Below, piece by piece: positions 1 through 9,405 of a DNA stretch of 64,000 nucleotides (positions are counted from its first letter, which is position 1; each line of letters opens with the position of its first letter). The position numbers and the translations under genes are program-made. The notes beneath the pieces were generated by a model, which did not search any database, had not been told where the DNA came from, and saw only the letters and a list, made by a program, of their open reading frames with translations. This DNA comes from an uncultured Tenacibaculum sp. (lineage in GTDB: Bacteria > Bacteroidota > Bacteroidia > Flavobacteriales > Flavobacteriaceae), in contig NZ_CANLTU010000014.1 in assembly GCF_947494125.1 (NCBI RefSeq), positions 2,177 through 66,176 on the forward strand. Direction: 5' to 3'.

Positions 1-1563
1 GTTAACTACTCTAAAAAATTAAATGATTTTGATTTTTCTGCTTATGCTGGTTTTGAAATAACCAACCAAATTTATAGGTACAGCGAATCTGAAACTGTTG
101 GAGGTATGACAACGCCAGGCTTTTATAGTATTACTACATCTGTAGATAGACCCGGTTATGCTGGAGGGAAAATAGAAACAAAAAGAAAAGCTTTATTTTC
201 TTCTCTCTCTATAGGATATAAAGATCTATTTTTTGTAGAAGGTACATATAGAAATGACTGGGGTTCTACAGCAAACCCTGATAAAAATAAAATTACTTCT
301 TTCGGTATCTCTAGTTCTTTTGTCTTTTCTAAATTAATAGAAAATAATGAGACTTTATCTTTTGGTAAAATAAGAATAGGATTAGCAGAAGCTCCATATT
401 TCCCAAACCCATATGCATTATCTCAAACATACACTACCGGAAACCCTTATGGTTCAACTGGAACATCATCAGTACCAAATGCAGGAATTAACCCTCTATT
501 AAGAGGTGGAAGTAAAAAAGAAACAGAATTTGGTATTCAACTTAAATTCTTAAAAAACAGAATTGGTATAGATGTAACTTACTTTAACAGAAAAGATGAA
601 GAACTTCCTTCATGGGTTACGATTCCTGGTTCTACTGGAATTACAGGTTTCTATAGTAATGATGGCAAACAAACCACTAAAGGTTTTGAACTATCTTTAA
701 ATTTAATACCTGTAAAAACAGAAAACTTTAGATGGGATATAGATTTTAATATCGCTTCTCTTAAAAAAACTGTTAATTATATTGCCGATGGTGTAGATGT
801 TAATATTTTAAGCAGCTGGGGGCCTCAATTACAAGAACGTATTGGAAAAGAATGGGGAGCCATTTATGGCAATGCATATAGACGTGATGCTAATGGAAAT
901 AAAATACTTGCTGCTAATGGATTATATGAATATGATACTAATAAATTTTTAGGTTCAATTTTACCCGATTTTACTGGTGGGTTAACAACTAATTTTTCTT
1001 ACAAGAATTTTAACTTATCTTTTGGTTTTGATTACCAATTTGGAGGTAAGTTTTATGGAGTTACAAGAAGATATAGTAATTATGGAGGGCAAGGTATTGA
1101 AACTGTAGGAAATAATCCTTTAGGAAACCCTATACGAAATACTATCACAGGTACTAAAAGTACTGCATGGTCTGTTAATCTAACTAATGCAAATTCTGAT
1201 TCTGGAGGACAATTAACGTCAGGTGTTGATGCCAACGGCAATGCTCAACAATTCTTAGTAAATCCTTATGTTCTATGGAGAACTAATTTAAGAAATGTTC
1301 ATGAAGAGTATATTAATGATGCAACATATATTAAACTTAGAACCATTAGATTTGAGTACAATCTACCAAGTACTATTTTAGAAAAAACTCCTTTTACCAA
1401 TATCAATTTAGGAATATTCGCTAATAATGTTTGGTTAATAGAATCTGATATAGAAGGAATTGATCCATCAGAAATTGAAGGTAGAGATTCATATAATTAT
1501 ATTGAAAACGGTCAAATGCCTAGTGCTCGTTCGATTGGCGTAAATGCAAAATTTACATTTTAA
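1..1563 (+). CDS. SusC/RagA family TonB-dependent outer membrane transporter, C-terminal part (5' end outside window)
   Basis: Frame 1 is open from base 1 (VNYSKKLNDFDFS...). It has beta-barrel strands and SusC motifs (ENGQMPSARSIGVNAKFTF, C-terminal Phe) and lies directly upstream of a SusD-like gene. Confidence 0.93.
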   Translation, partial: VNYSKKLNDFDFSAYAGFEITNQIYRYSESETVGGMTTPGFYSITTSVDRPGYAGGKIETKRKALFSSLSIGYKDLFFVEGTYRNDWGSTANPDKNKITSFGISSSFVFSKLIENNETLSFGKIRIGLAEAPYFPNPYALSQTYTTGNPYGSTGTSSVPNAGINPLLRGGSKKETEFGIQLKFLKNRIGIDVTYFNRKDEELPSWVTIPGSTGITGFYSNDGKQTTKGFELSLNLIPVKTENFRWDIDFNIASLKKTVNYIADGVDVNILSSWGPQLQERIGKEWGAIYGNAYRRDANGNKILAANGLYEYDTNKFLGSILPDFTGGLTTNFSYKNFNLSFGFDYQFGGKFYGVTRRYSNYGGQGIETVGNNPLGNPIRNTITGTKSTAWSVNLTNANSDSGGQLTSGVDANGNAQQFLVNPYVLWRTNLRNVHEEYINDATYIKLRTIRFEYNLPSTILEKTPFTNINLGIFANNVWLIESDIEGIDPSEIEGRDSYNYIENGQMPSARSIGVNAKFTF

Positions 1564-1578
1564 TTAAAATTTATTACA

Positions 1579-3003
1579 ATGAAAACAAGAACAAATAAAC
1601 TTCTATTATTCGTACTTATTGGCACCTTACTAACAAGTTGTGAAACTGTAGATTTTGGAGATACAAATACAAATCCAAACGAATCTTCTATAGCTTCTAG
1701 CTCTGGACTACTAGCTAATGCTTTAAGAGAGATTGGTACTCAGGTTACTCAAAAAACTCCAATGCTTTACAGCCAATATGTAGCTAACGGGCAATATCCT
1801 GATGAAAGTAGATATGTTAGCTTAAACTGGTCATACTACAGGTTATATGCTAATCCTTTAAACGACCTTAAAACTGTAATTGAAATAAATAAAACTAGTA
1901 CAGCTCCAGCTTCAATAAACACTCTTGTTGCAGCTACTTTAGCTCGCGTATATTTTTTACACACTATGACTGATAGATGGGGACGGATACCTTATACAGA
2001 AGCACTTAAAGGTCTTGAATTAAAAAAGCCCGTTTTAGACTCACAAGAAACTGTTTACAAAGGACTTATTTCAGAAATCGATGCTGTTTTGGCTAAAATA
2101 ACAACTTCAGGAGTCCCACAAGGAGATATTTTATTCAATGGTAACATGGCAAGATGGAAACAATTTGGTAATACATTAAAAGCTGTTATGGCTCTTCGTT
2201 TATCTAAAAGAGATGTTGAATTAGGGGGGTATGCTAAAACTAAATTCAACGAAGCTATTTCTGGTGCTATTCAACAATCAAGTGATAATATTTATTACAC
2301 TTTTTTATCTGATGATAATAATGATAATCCTTGGCAAGATGCTTTTGAGACTCGTAAAGATTATTTAATGTCTGATGTTATTGTTAATTACATGATAGGA
2401 ACTGGTTCAGATACAGCTCCTCAAGATCCTAGATTAGCTAAATATTCAGACCCAGCTACTAGCGCTTCCGCAGGTAGTGGCACTAGATTTATCGGTGCTG
2501 ATTATGGAAGTGGTAATGATTTAGTTGATAATTTTTCTTTTATTACAAAAGATATTATTTATAACGGAACTGCTCCTGGTATCATATTTACAGCTGCACA
2601 AATACAGTTCTCTATGGCTGAAGCTGTTGAACTTGGTTGGATGACAGGCAATGCTGAAACTTATTTTAGAAATGGTATAAAAGAATCTATGAAACAATGG
2701 AATGTTCCTACTCCAGATGCGAATACTTTTGCTGATGCTTTTCCGTATACTGGAATGCAATCAATTGCAGAACAAAAATGGGTAGCTTTATTTATGCAAG
2801 GCTATGAATCTTGGGCTGAATGGAGAAGAATTGGTGGTCCTAGTACAATTGTAAAACCTGCAATTTTATTACAAGGTACTGATATTCCTCAAAGACAAGC
2901 ATATGCTACCACAACTCCTAATATTAATAAGGTAAACTATGATAGTGCTATAGCAGCTCAAGGGCCTGACAACCTTGACACTAAACTTTGGTGGGCTAAA
3001 TAA
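1579..3003 (+). CDS. SusD/RagB family nutrient-binding outer membrane lipoprotein
   Basis: Lipobox LLTSC; motifs TDRWGRIPYTEAL, IAEQKWVALF, ESWAEWRR and DTKLWW; starts 15 nt after susC. Confidence 0.92.
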   Translation: MKTRTNKLLLFVLIGTLLTSCETVDFGDTNTNPNESSIASSSGLLANALREIGTQVTQKTPMLYSQYVANGQYPDESRYVSLNWSYYRLYANPLNDLKTVIEINKTSTAPASINTLVAATLARVYFLHTMTDRWGRIPYTEALKGLELKKPVLDSQETVYKGLISEIDAVLAKITTSGVPQGDILFNGNMARWKQFGNTLKAVMALRLSKRDVELGGYAKTKFNEAISGAIQQSSDNIYYTFLSDDNNDNPWQDAFETRKDYLMSDVIVNYMIGTGSDTAPQDPRLAKYSDPATSASAGSGTRFIGADYGSGNDLVDNFSFITKDIIYNGTAPGIIFTAAQIQFSMAEAVELGWMTGNAETYFRNGIKESMKQWNVPTPDANTFADAFPYTGMQSIAEQKWVALFMQGYESWAEWRRIGGPSTIVKPAILLQGTDIPQRQAYATTTPNINKVNYDSAIAAQGPDNLDTKLWWAK

Positions 3004-3050
3004 AAATCTATTTAACAAAAGAATCTTAAAAGGAAAAAATACTTTAAAAA

Positions 3051-3081
3051 CAAAAAAGCTTTCCATTGGCAAGCTTTTTTG
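3051..3081. terminator. Bidirectional intrinsic terminator between the convergent susD and PIG-L genes
   Basis: caaaaaagctt...aagcttttttg inverted repeat with A/T tracts on both sides. Confidence 0.8.
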
Positions 3082-3100
3082 TTTTATAATTCGTTATTTA

Positions 3101-5617
3101 CTACATCTTAATTGCAGTCTTTTTATTTTCTTCTTTTCCTACCGATAACATATTTGCAAACAATTTATAAGCTCCAGAAACTCCTGCAGGCAGCTCTCTA
3201 AAGAAACTTAACCCTGTATACATATAATTACCTTTTCCATATTTAGCTATTAATAAACTTCCTGTTTTAGTTGATTCCCCTTTATCATTCATAGATAATA
3301 TAGGCGTAAACTCTTTACCCCATTGGTTTGGAAAATACAGTCCTCTCTCTTGTACCCAACCGTTAAAATCAGAATCAGAAACTTTATTAGGATAGTTTAA
3401 TAACGAATGATTTTTTGCTAATACTGTAACCTTAGCATCCTCATCAGTAACTCTATCTCTAGATAATTTTAATTCAAAAGGTGCCTTTACATCTACTCTC
3501 CTACTTGTATTATATTGTACAATCATATTTCCACCATTCTTTACATAATCTAACAAATATTTTTGTTTGAATTGTAATTCAGGCAAAACATTATAAGCAC
3601 GTATACCAACAACAACAGCATCAAAATCTTCTAAATTTTTATCGTTAATATCTTTTGGATTAATTTCAATAACATTGTATCCTATTTGACGCAAACTTTC
3701 TGGTACAGCATCTCCAGAACCTTGAATATAAGCAATTCTTTTACCTATTTTTTTTATATTTAAACGTACCATTTTTGCTTCTGATGGTAATAATATTGAT
3801 TGTTTTGGTATGTGATTGTAGTTAATTTCTACTAACTCTTTATCAAACAATTTTCCATTTACTTTAGCTATTACTTTTAAAACTACTTCCGATTGTTCAT
3901 TAGGTGGTATTACTTTAAAATCTACTACTTGTACATCTCCTTTTTGTTCAATATCAAACGCTATTTCTTTTGGTGAAACTTCCCAGCCATTCGGAACTTG
4001 TAAAGAAACAGTTCCTGCTACATTTTTAGCGCCCGAACGCACTTCTAAAGAAACTTTTTGTGAGTGTTCTTCTGAAAATATAACTACTTTATTTTTTAGT
4101 TTAGTTGTAACTATAGGTAATACTTCAAAAGGCTCATAGATTTCACCTTTATCTCTTTCAGAATATCTATGTACTACAGGAATAGTAAATGAAATTGCTT
4201 CATTCTCTATTATTAAATTGTATTGTATTTGTATTGGTCTTTCAGTTTCTGGGTTTCCAATAACTTTTTTATTTGCAACCTTATACATACCTAAATCCCA
4301 AGGAGAGCTTAACCAATATGGCGAAGAATATTCTAACGAACCAATAGTAATATTTTCTTTAAAGTTTTTTCTTGAGTTTGGAGCTAAATCTAAATTCTTT
4401 TGTATCACATTTCCTTCAGGAAGCACCTTTATAGATGCTAATTCCATAGAAAATTTACTTCTATTTAAAATTTCGAAATTAATACTTTCTACACTATTTG
4501 GTGTTGTACTTGATGTATTTGCAGATGCTTCTAGATATAGTCCTGCACAAGCCTTAATAATAGCTTTTAACTCTTTACTTTTTATATTCTTCCAATGTTC
4601 ATCTTTCAAATTCTGAACTAGCTTGTAAGCTTTTAATAATTCTGGAAGATGTTTTGACGGGTTTACAAAATCAAAATTCTTTTCAATTTTATATAAAATA
4701 TCTCCTATATCTCCACCACCTTCTACTCTATTCCATGTGGTATTTATTCCAGAAAATATGTCTTTTTTATTTTTAGGGAAATCTCCTTTTAAAAATTCTA
4801 CATATTCAGTTTGAGTACCTCGTGTTGTTAAACGTCCAAATCCTTGGCATAAATGTTGACTACTCGCTATGGAAGCTACTTCATTGTTAGATAATCCTTT
4901 TAATGGATAATAAGCTCCCACATCAAAACTTAACATTTTACTTCTATCTGCCTTTGCAAACTTTTCTCTACTTCCATAAAACCACCAAGAAGTATTAAAA
5001 AACAATCGTTTAGGTTGCCATATGCTTGTGCTTTTTAATTGATTTGAGTACTTGTTTTTATCGTTAGCCAAATCAAAAGCTTCTACACTTAACATTGCTG
5101 AAGATGTATGATGCCCATGAGTTGTACCGGGGGTTCTGTGATTAAATCGATTGATTATTACATCTGGTTTAAATGTACGAATTGCCCAAACTACATCGGC
5201 TAACACCTTGTCTTTGTTCCAAAGTTTTAAAGTTTCGTCCGGATGTTTAGAGTATCCAAAGTCATTTGCTCTAGAAAAACGTTGTTCTCCTCCATCAACT
5301 CTACGAGCCGCTAATAATTCTTGTGTTCGTATAACTCCTAATAGTTCTCTTATTTCTGGACCTATTAAGTTTTGACCTCCATCACCACGCGTTAATGATA
5401 AATAAGCTGTTCTTGCTTTTTCATGATTTGCTAAATAAGCTATTAATCGAGTATTTTCATCATCAGGATGTGCAGCTATATATAATGCAGAGCCTAAAAA
5501 GTTTAATTTCTGAACTTTTTCATAAATCTGATTTGATGATAATTTTTGAGGCTTTTGTGCTGTTATTGATATAGATATCAATAAAAAAGAAAAACAAAAA
5601 AGTGTTTTTTTGTACAT
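3101..5617 (-). CDS. PIG-L/LmbE family metal-dependent N-acetyl deacetylase with long C-terminal extension
   Basis: AHPDDE zinc motif, LTRGDGGQN, RFSRANDFGYSK and HGHH motifs; signal peptide; C-terminal class I GATase-like region. Confidence 0.88.
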   Translation of the reverse strand: MYKKTLFCFSFLLISISITAQKPQKLSSNQIYEKVQKLNFLGSALYIAAHPDDENTRLIAYLANHEKARTAYLSLTRGDGGQNLIGPEIRELLGVIRTQELLAARRVDGGEQRFSRANDFGYSKHPDETLKLWNKDKVLADVVWAIRTFKPDVIINRFNHRTPGTTHGHHTSSAMLSVEAFDLANDKNKYSNQLKSTSIWQPKRLFFNTSWWFYGSREKFAKADRSKMLSFDVGAYYPLKGLSNNEVASIASSQHLCQGFGRLTTRGTQTEYVEFLKGDFPKNKKDIFSGINTTWNRVEGGGDIGDILYKIEKNFDFVNPSKHLPELLKAYKLVQNLKDEHWKNIKSKELKAIIKACAGLYLEASANTSSTTPNSVESINFEILNRSKFSMELASIKVLPEGNVIQKNLDLAPNSRKNFKENITIGSLEYSSPYWLSSPWDLGMYKVANKKVIGNPETERPIQIQYNLIIENEAISFTIPVVHRYSERDKGEIYEPFEVLPIVTTKLKNKVVIFSEEHSQKVSLEVRSGAKNVAGTVSLQVPNGWEVSPKEIAFDIEQKGDVQVVDFKVIPPNEQSEVVLKVIAKVNGKLFDKELVEINYNHIPKQSILLPSEAKMVRLNIKKIGKRIAYIQGSGDAVPESLRQIGYNVIEINPKDINDKNLEDFDAVVVGIRAYNVLPELQFKQKYLLDYVKNGGNMIVQYNTSRRVDVKAPFELKLSRDRVTDEDAKVTVLAKNHSLLNYPNKVSDSDFNGWVQERGLYFPNQWGKEFTPILSMNDKGESTKTGSLLIAKYGKGNYMYTGLSFFRELPAGVSGAYKLFANMLSVGKEENKKTAIKM

Positions 5618-5695
5618 TTTTAACGTTTTGATTGGCTAACAAATGTAACTTTTTTAGTCAGAGATTCTATCAAATTAACAAAATGCTAACACTTT

Positions 5696-7123
5696 TTAAT
5701 TCAAAAAGTAATCATCCTTAAAACCAATTAAATATAATTTCTCTTGTGCCCTTGTAACTGCTGTGTATAACCATCTTAAATATTCAACACTTGGACCATC
5801 AGGTAAATATGGCTGCTCTATAAAAACAGTATTCCATTGCCCTCCTTGCGATTTATGACAAGTCATAGCATAGGAAAATTTTACTTGTAAGGCATTAAAA
5901 TACTTATTCTTCTTTACTCCCATAAACTGTTTATACTTAGATTTTTCATGAGCGAAATCTTCTTTTACAGCTTCATATAATTTATTTGACTCTTCATAGG
6001 TTAAAGAAGGGCTTTCGCTAGAAAGTGTATCTAAAAGTAATACTGTTTCAAAAGGGTTCATATCAGGATAGTCAATCATACGAATTTCAACTTCAGCAAA
6101 TTTAAATCCATAGAGTTCTTTTATTGAATTGATACGCATTACTTCACAAATGTCTCCATTAGCAATAAAACCGGCTGAAGAAGAATCTTTTAACCAGAAA
6201 TAATTATTCTTTACTACCATTACATAATCTCCTGTTGATATTTCGTTTTCCTGACCTCGAATTGTCGTTCTTATTTGTTGATTATATTGATTTGCTCTTT
6301 TATTTGATCGAACTATAATCGCTGTATCTTCTACTCCTATATCACCGTCATAAGCCGTAGTAATAGCATCTTGAATATCATAACTATCTTCTAATCGAAT
6401 AATATCAGCAAAATTAACATCAAACTTAAAATGAGTCGCATCATTTTGAACTAACAAACGTAAATCTGTAGCATTTGCTAATATTCCAGAGTCTTCTTGT
6501 TGACGTACTACTTCATCTAATTCAATCTCTGTTACCTCCTTATTAAATTGAAACGAAAGATTATCTGCTTCTAAAGCAGGGCTCATTGTTAATTTAACTG
6601 GAGGTAACTGTGCGGTATCTCCTATAAAAACAATTTTACAGTTTTTACCTGAATATACATATGATATTAAATCATCTAATAATGATCCATTTTCAAATAG
6701 TTTCGCATTTTGTCGATCATCAGATATCATTGAAGCCTCATCAATAATAAATATCGTATTTGTATGTTTATTAGGCTGCATTACAAAACTTACACCTCCA
6801 TTACTTTGCTTTTTAGGAAAATATATTTTTTTGTGTATCGTGAATGCTTGTTTTTTTGAATATCCTGAAATTACTTTGGCTGCACGTCCTGTTGGAGCTA
6901 ATAACACTGCTTTTTTTCCTGTTTTCCATAAATTATGTACCACAGTACTTATAATTGTTGTTTTCCCTGTACCAGCATATCCTTTTAGCAAAAAAAGGGC
7001 GTGATTATTGTTATCAAATATAAAATGCGTTAAAGCATCTAATAACTCACTTTGTTTTTGAGTAGGTTGGTACGGAAATTTTTGTAATATTTCTTTATAA
7101 AAATTGGGTGCTGATTCTATCAT
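5696..7123 (-). CDS. RecD-like SF1B ATP-dependent DNA helicase / exonuclease V alpha-like protein
   Basis: Walker A GYAGTGKTT; APTGRAAKV, IDEASM, GDTAQLPPV, YAMTCHKSQGGQW and YTAVTRA motifs. Confidence 0.88.
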   Translation of the reverse strand: MIESAPNFYKEILQKFPYQPTQKQSELLDALTHFIFDNNNHALFLLKGYAGTGKTTIISTVVHNLWKTGKKAVLLAPTGRAAKVISGYSKKQAFTIHKKIYFPKKQSNGGVSFVMQPNKHTNTIFIIDEASMISDDRQNAKLFENGSLLDDLISYVYSGKNCKIVFIGDTAQLPPVKLTMSPALEADNLSFQFNKEVTEIELDEVVRQQEDSGILANATDLRLLVQNDATHFKFDVNFADIIRLEDSYDIQDAITTAYDGDIGVEDTAIIVRSNKRANQYNQQIRTTIRGQENEISTGDYVMVVKNNYFWLKDSSSAGFIANGDICEVMRINSIKELYGFKFAEVEIRMIDYPDMNPFETVLLLDTLSSESPSLTYEESNKLYEAVKEDFAHEKSKYKQFMGVKKNKYFNALQVKFSYAMTCHKSQGGQWNTVFIEQPYLPDGPSVEYLRWLYTAVTRAQEKLYLIGFKDDYFLN

Positions 7124-7138
7124 ATTTCAAATAATGCT

Positions 7139-7197
7139 CAAAGATAAATGTATTTATAGATAATTATTTTCATGAATGAAAAAAAATTGTAGATTTG
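7139..7197. promoter_or_regulatory. Divergent Bacteroidota sigma-A -7 elements (TAnnTTTG)
   Basis: TATCTTTG on the minus strand (7146-7139) and TAGATTTG on the plus strand (7190-7197), each just upstream of a divergent ORF. Confidence 0.6.
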
Positions 7198-7225
7198 CGT
7201 ATATCATATATTAAAAACAAAAAAA

Positions 7226-7960
7226 ATGAATTTATTATTAATGATTTTAGCAGCTGTTGTGGTTGCAGTTCTTTTAGCTTTCCTTATCGTTAAGTTTGTA
7301 CCACTGAAAATGAGATGGTTAATATCTATATTATTATTAGCTGTTACTGCTTTTTTAGTGTATAAAATTTACGGAGGTATTATGGAGCCTATTAATTTTG
7401 CAAAAGACAAAAAAGTAAAATACGCTAAAGTTATTGAGAATTTAAAATTAATTCGTGACGCGGAAGTAAAATATAAAGAAGTTCATAGAACCTATACAGA
7501 TAGTAAAGATTCTTTAATTAACTTTATAGAAAACGGTCAATTAGCTTTAACAGAAACTAAAAATGTTGAAGAAGAAGTTGATAGAGGTGGTGGAATTAAA
7601 ATTACGATTTCTAAAAAACAAATTGACACAATAGGTTATGAACCTGTGATGAAATATTTTGAAGGAAAAGACTATAAAGGAATGTTTAATGTTCCTGGTA
7701 CTGATAAGCAATTTGAATTAGCTACAGGAAAAGTAGAAAAAGTTGCAGGTTTATTAGTTCCAGTTTTTGAAGTAAAAGCAGATAAAGCTTCTATTTTAAA
7801 AGGAATGAGTCGTTCTTTAGTAAAGCAAGAATTAGAAGCAATTGAAACTGATCAAATTAAAGGTCAATTTGTTTCTGTTGGATCTTTAGACGAAGTAACT
7901 ACTGGTGGTAACTGGCCTCCTTACTACGATAAAGCTGAAGCACTTGCAAAAAAAGAGTAA
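7226..7960 (+). CDS. Conserved hypothetical membrane-anchored protein
   Basis: 244 aa ORF with two N-terminal TM helices and a soluble C-terminus ending GNWP; first gene of an apparent operon with DUF3822 and rsmD. Confidence 0.75.
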   Translation: MNLLLMILAAVVVAVLLAFLIVKFVPLKMRWLISILLLAVTAFLVYKIYGGIMEPINFAKDKKVKYAKVIENLKLIRDAEVKYKEVHRTYTDSKDSLINFIENGQLALTETKNVEEEVDRGGGIKITISKKQIDTIGYEPVMKYFEGKDYKGMFNVPGTDKQFELATGKVEKVAGLLVPVFEVKADKASILKGMSRSLVKQELEAIETDQIKGQFVSVGSLDEVTTGGNWPPYYDKAEALAKKE

Positions 7961-8765
7961 AAAAATAAGCGCATTAGCGCAGCATAAGAATCTATCCATC
8001 CAATTTAGTTTGGATGGATTTTCTTTTTGTATTTTTAATTCAGAGACAAAAGAACCAATTCTTTTTACCCAATATATTTTTGATACGCCATTGACTTCTC
8101 CTGAAGTATTATTAAATGAAATCATTAATATATTTGCTATTGATAAAGACTTACAACAGGATTTTATTTCTATTTCTGCGATTCATCAAAATAATTTATC
8201 TACACTAGTTCCTAATAAATATTTTGATAGAAATAATTTAGATTCTTACTTAAAATACACTGTTAAAACACTTTCTACAGATTTAATTACTTATGATTCC
8301 TTAGAAAAAATGGATGCTCATACAGTATATATTCCTTACGTTAATATTAACAATTATCTATTTCAAAATTTTGGAGAATTTGAATTTAAGCATCATTCTA
8401 CAGTATTAATAGATAAACTTTTAAGTTATTCTGAAAAGAATCCTAAGCAACTTTTTTTTGTCCACGTATCTATAAATCAAATAGATATTATTGTTTTTGA
8501 ACAAGGTACTTTAAAACTTCATAATTCTTTTTCTTTTCAAACAAAAGAAGATTTCATTTATTACATTTTATTTACTGCTGAACAATTAGAAATGGATCCT
8601 AATAAATTTCAATTAACTTTTATTGGTGATATTGAAAAAGAATCGGAATTATATGATATTACTTATAATTATGTTCGTAATATTAATTTTATAAACTCAA
8701 ATTCTAGTTTTTTTACTAACAGTACAGATTTTTTTAAACATACTAACTTTATTCTAGTTTCTTAA
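7944..8765 (+). CDS. DUF3822 family protein (probable TTG start at 7944; the ORF track starts at 7905)
   Basis: LSIQFSLDGFSF, VYIPYVNINNYL and DFIYYILF motifs typical of DUF3822; stop overlaps the rsmD start. Confidence 0.8.
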   Translation: MQKKSKKISALAQHKNLSIQFSLDGFSFCIFNSETKEPILFTQYIFDTPLTSPEVLLNEIINIFAIDKDLQQDFISISAIHQNNLSTLVPNKYFDRNNLDSYLKYTVKTLSTDLITYDSLEKMDAHTVYIPYVNINNYLFQNFGEFEFKHHSTVLIDKLLSYSEKNPKQLFFVHVSINQIDIIVFEQGTLKLHNSFSFQTKEDFIYYILFTAEQLEMDPNKFQLTFIGDIEKESELYDITYNYVRNINFINSNSSFFTNSTDFFKHTNFILVS

Positions 8766-9298
8766 TGCGTATTATTTCAGGAAAACATAAAAGCAAACGA
8801 ATTTCAGCTCCAAAAAATTTACCTGTTCGTCCAACGACTGACATGGCTAAAGAATCATTATTTAACATTTTAAATAATACCTATTATTTCGATAACATTT
8901 CTGTATTAGACTTATTTGCTGGTACAGGTAATATTAGTTATGAATTTGCTTCTAGAGGTACAGAAACAATTTATGCTGTAGATGCTAATTATGGATGTAT
9001 TAAATTTATAAATCAAACTTCTAAAGAACTTGATTTTAATATAAACACCTATAAAAGTGACGTTTATAAATTCTTAGAGAAAACACCTTTAAAATCTGAT
9101 GTGATCTTTGCAGATCCTCCTTATGATTTTGAAGCTTCTCAATTTTTAAAAATTGCTGATCTTGTTTTTGAAAAAGAACTCTTAAACGAAGAAGGAATTT
9201 TGGTTATAGAACATTCTAAGCATACTGATTTAACCGAACATCCAAAACACAGTTATGATAAACGTTATGGTGGAAATGTTTTTAGTTTTTTTGAATAA
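8765..9298 (+). CDS. rsmD: 16S rRNA (guanine966-N2) methyltransferase RsmD family
   Basis: MRIISG, RPTTDMAKESLFN, LDLFAGTG, FADPPY and EH motifs. Confidence 0.93.
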   Translation: MRIISGKHKSKRISAPKNLPVRPTTDMAKESLFNILNNTYYFDNISVLDLFAGTGNISYEFASRGTETIYAVDANYGCIKFINQTSKELDFNINTYKSDVYKFLEKTPLKSDVIFADPPYDFEASQFLKIADLVFEKELLNEEGILVIEHSKHTDLTEHPKHSYDKRYGGNVFSFFE

Positions 9299-9367
9299 AA
9301 CGCGGAAACTAACCTAAATAAAAAGTTCTTACACTATAATAAAACTCAAAAAATATTATTAATATTG

Positions 9368-9405
9368 AATAAAAAAAGGGAGCTAATTAGCTCCCTTTTT
9401 TTATT
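9368..9405. terminator. Bidirectional terminator, perfect 38-bp palindrome
   Basis: aataaaaaaagggagctaa|ttagctccctttttttatt between convergent rsmD and ABC-F genes. Confidence 0.88.

Noticed and set aside
7946-7960. A7 run at the overlap of the hypothetical gene and DUF3822 as a programmed frameshift fusing the two
   Set aside because: A -1 shift does not enter the DUF3822 frame (a +1 shift would be needed), the run is short, and an in-frame TTG at 7944 explains the overlap.
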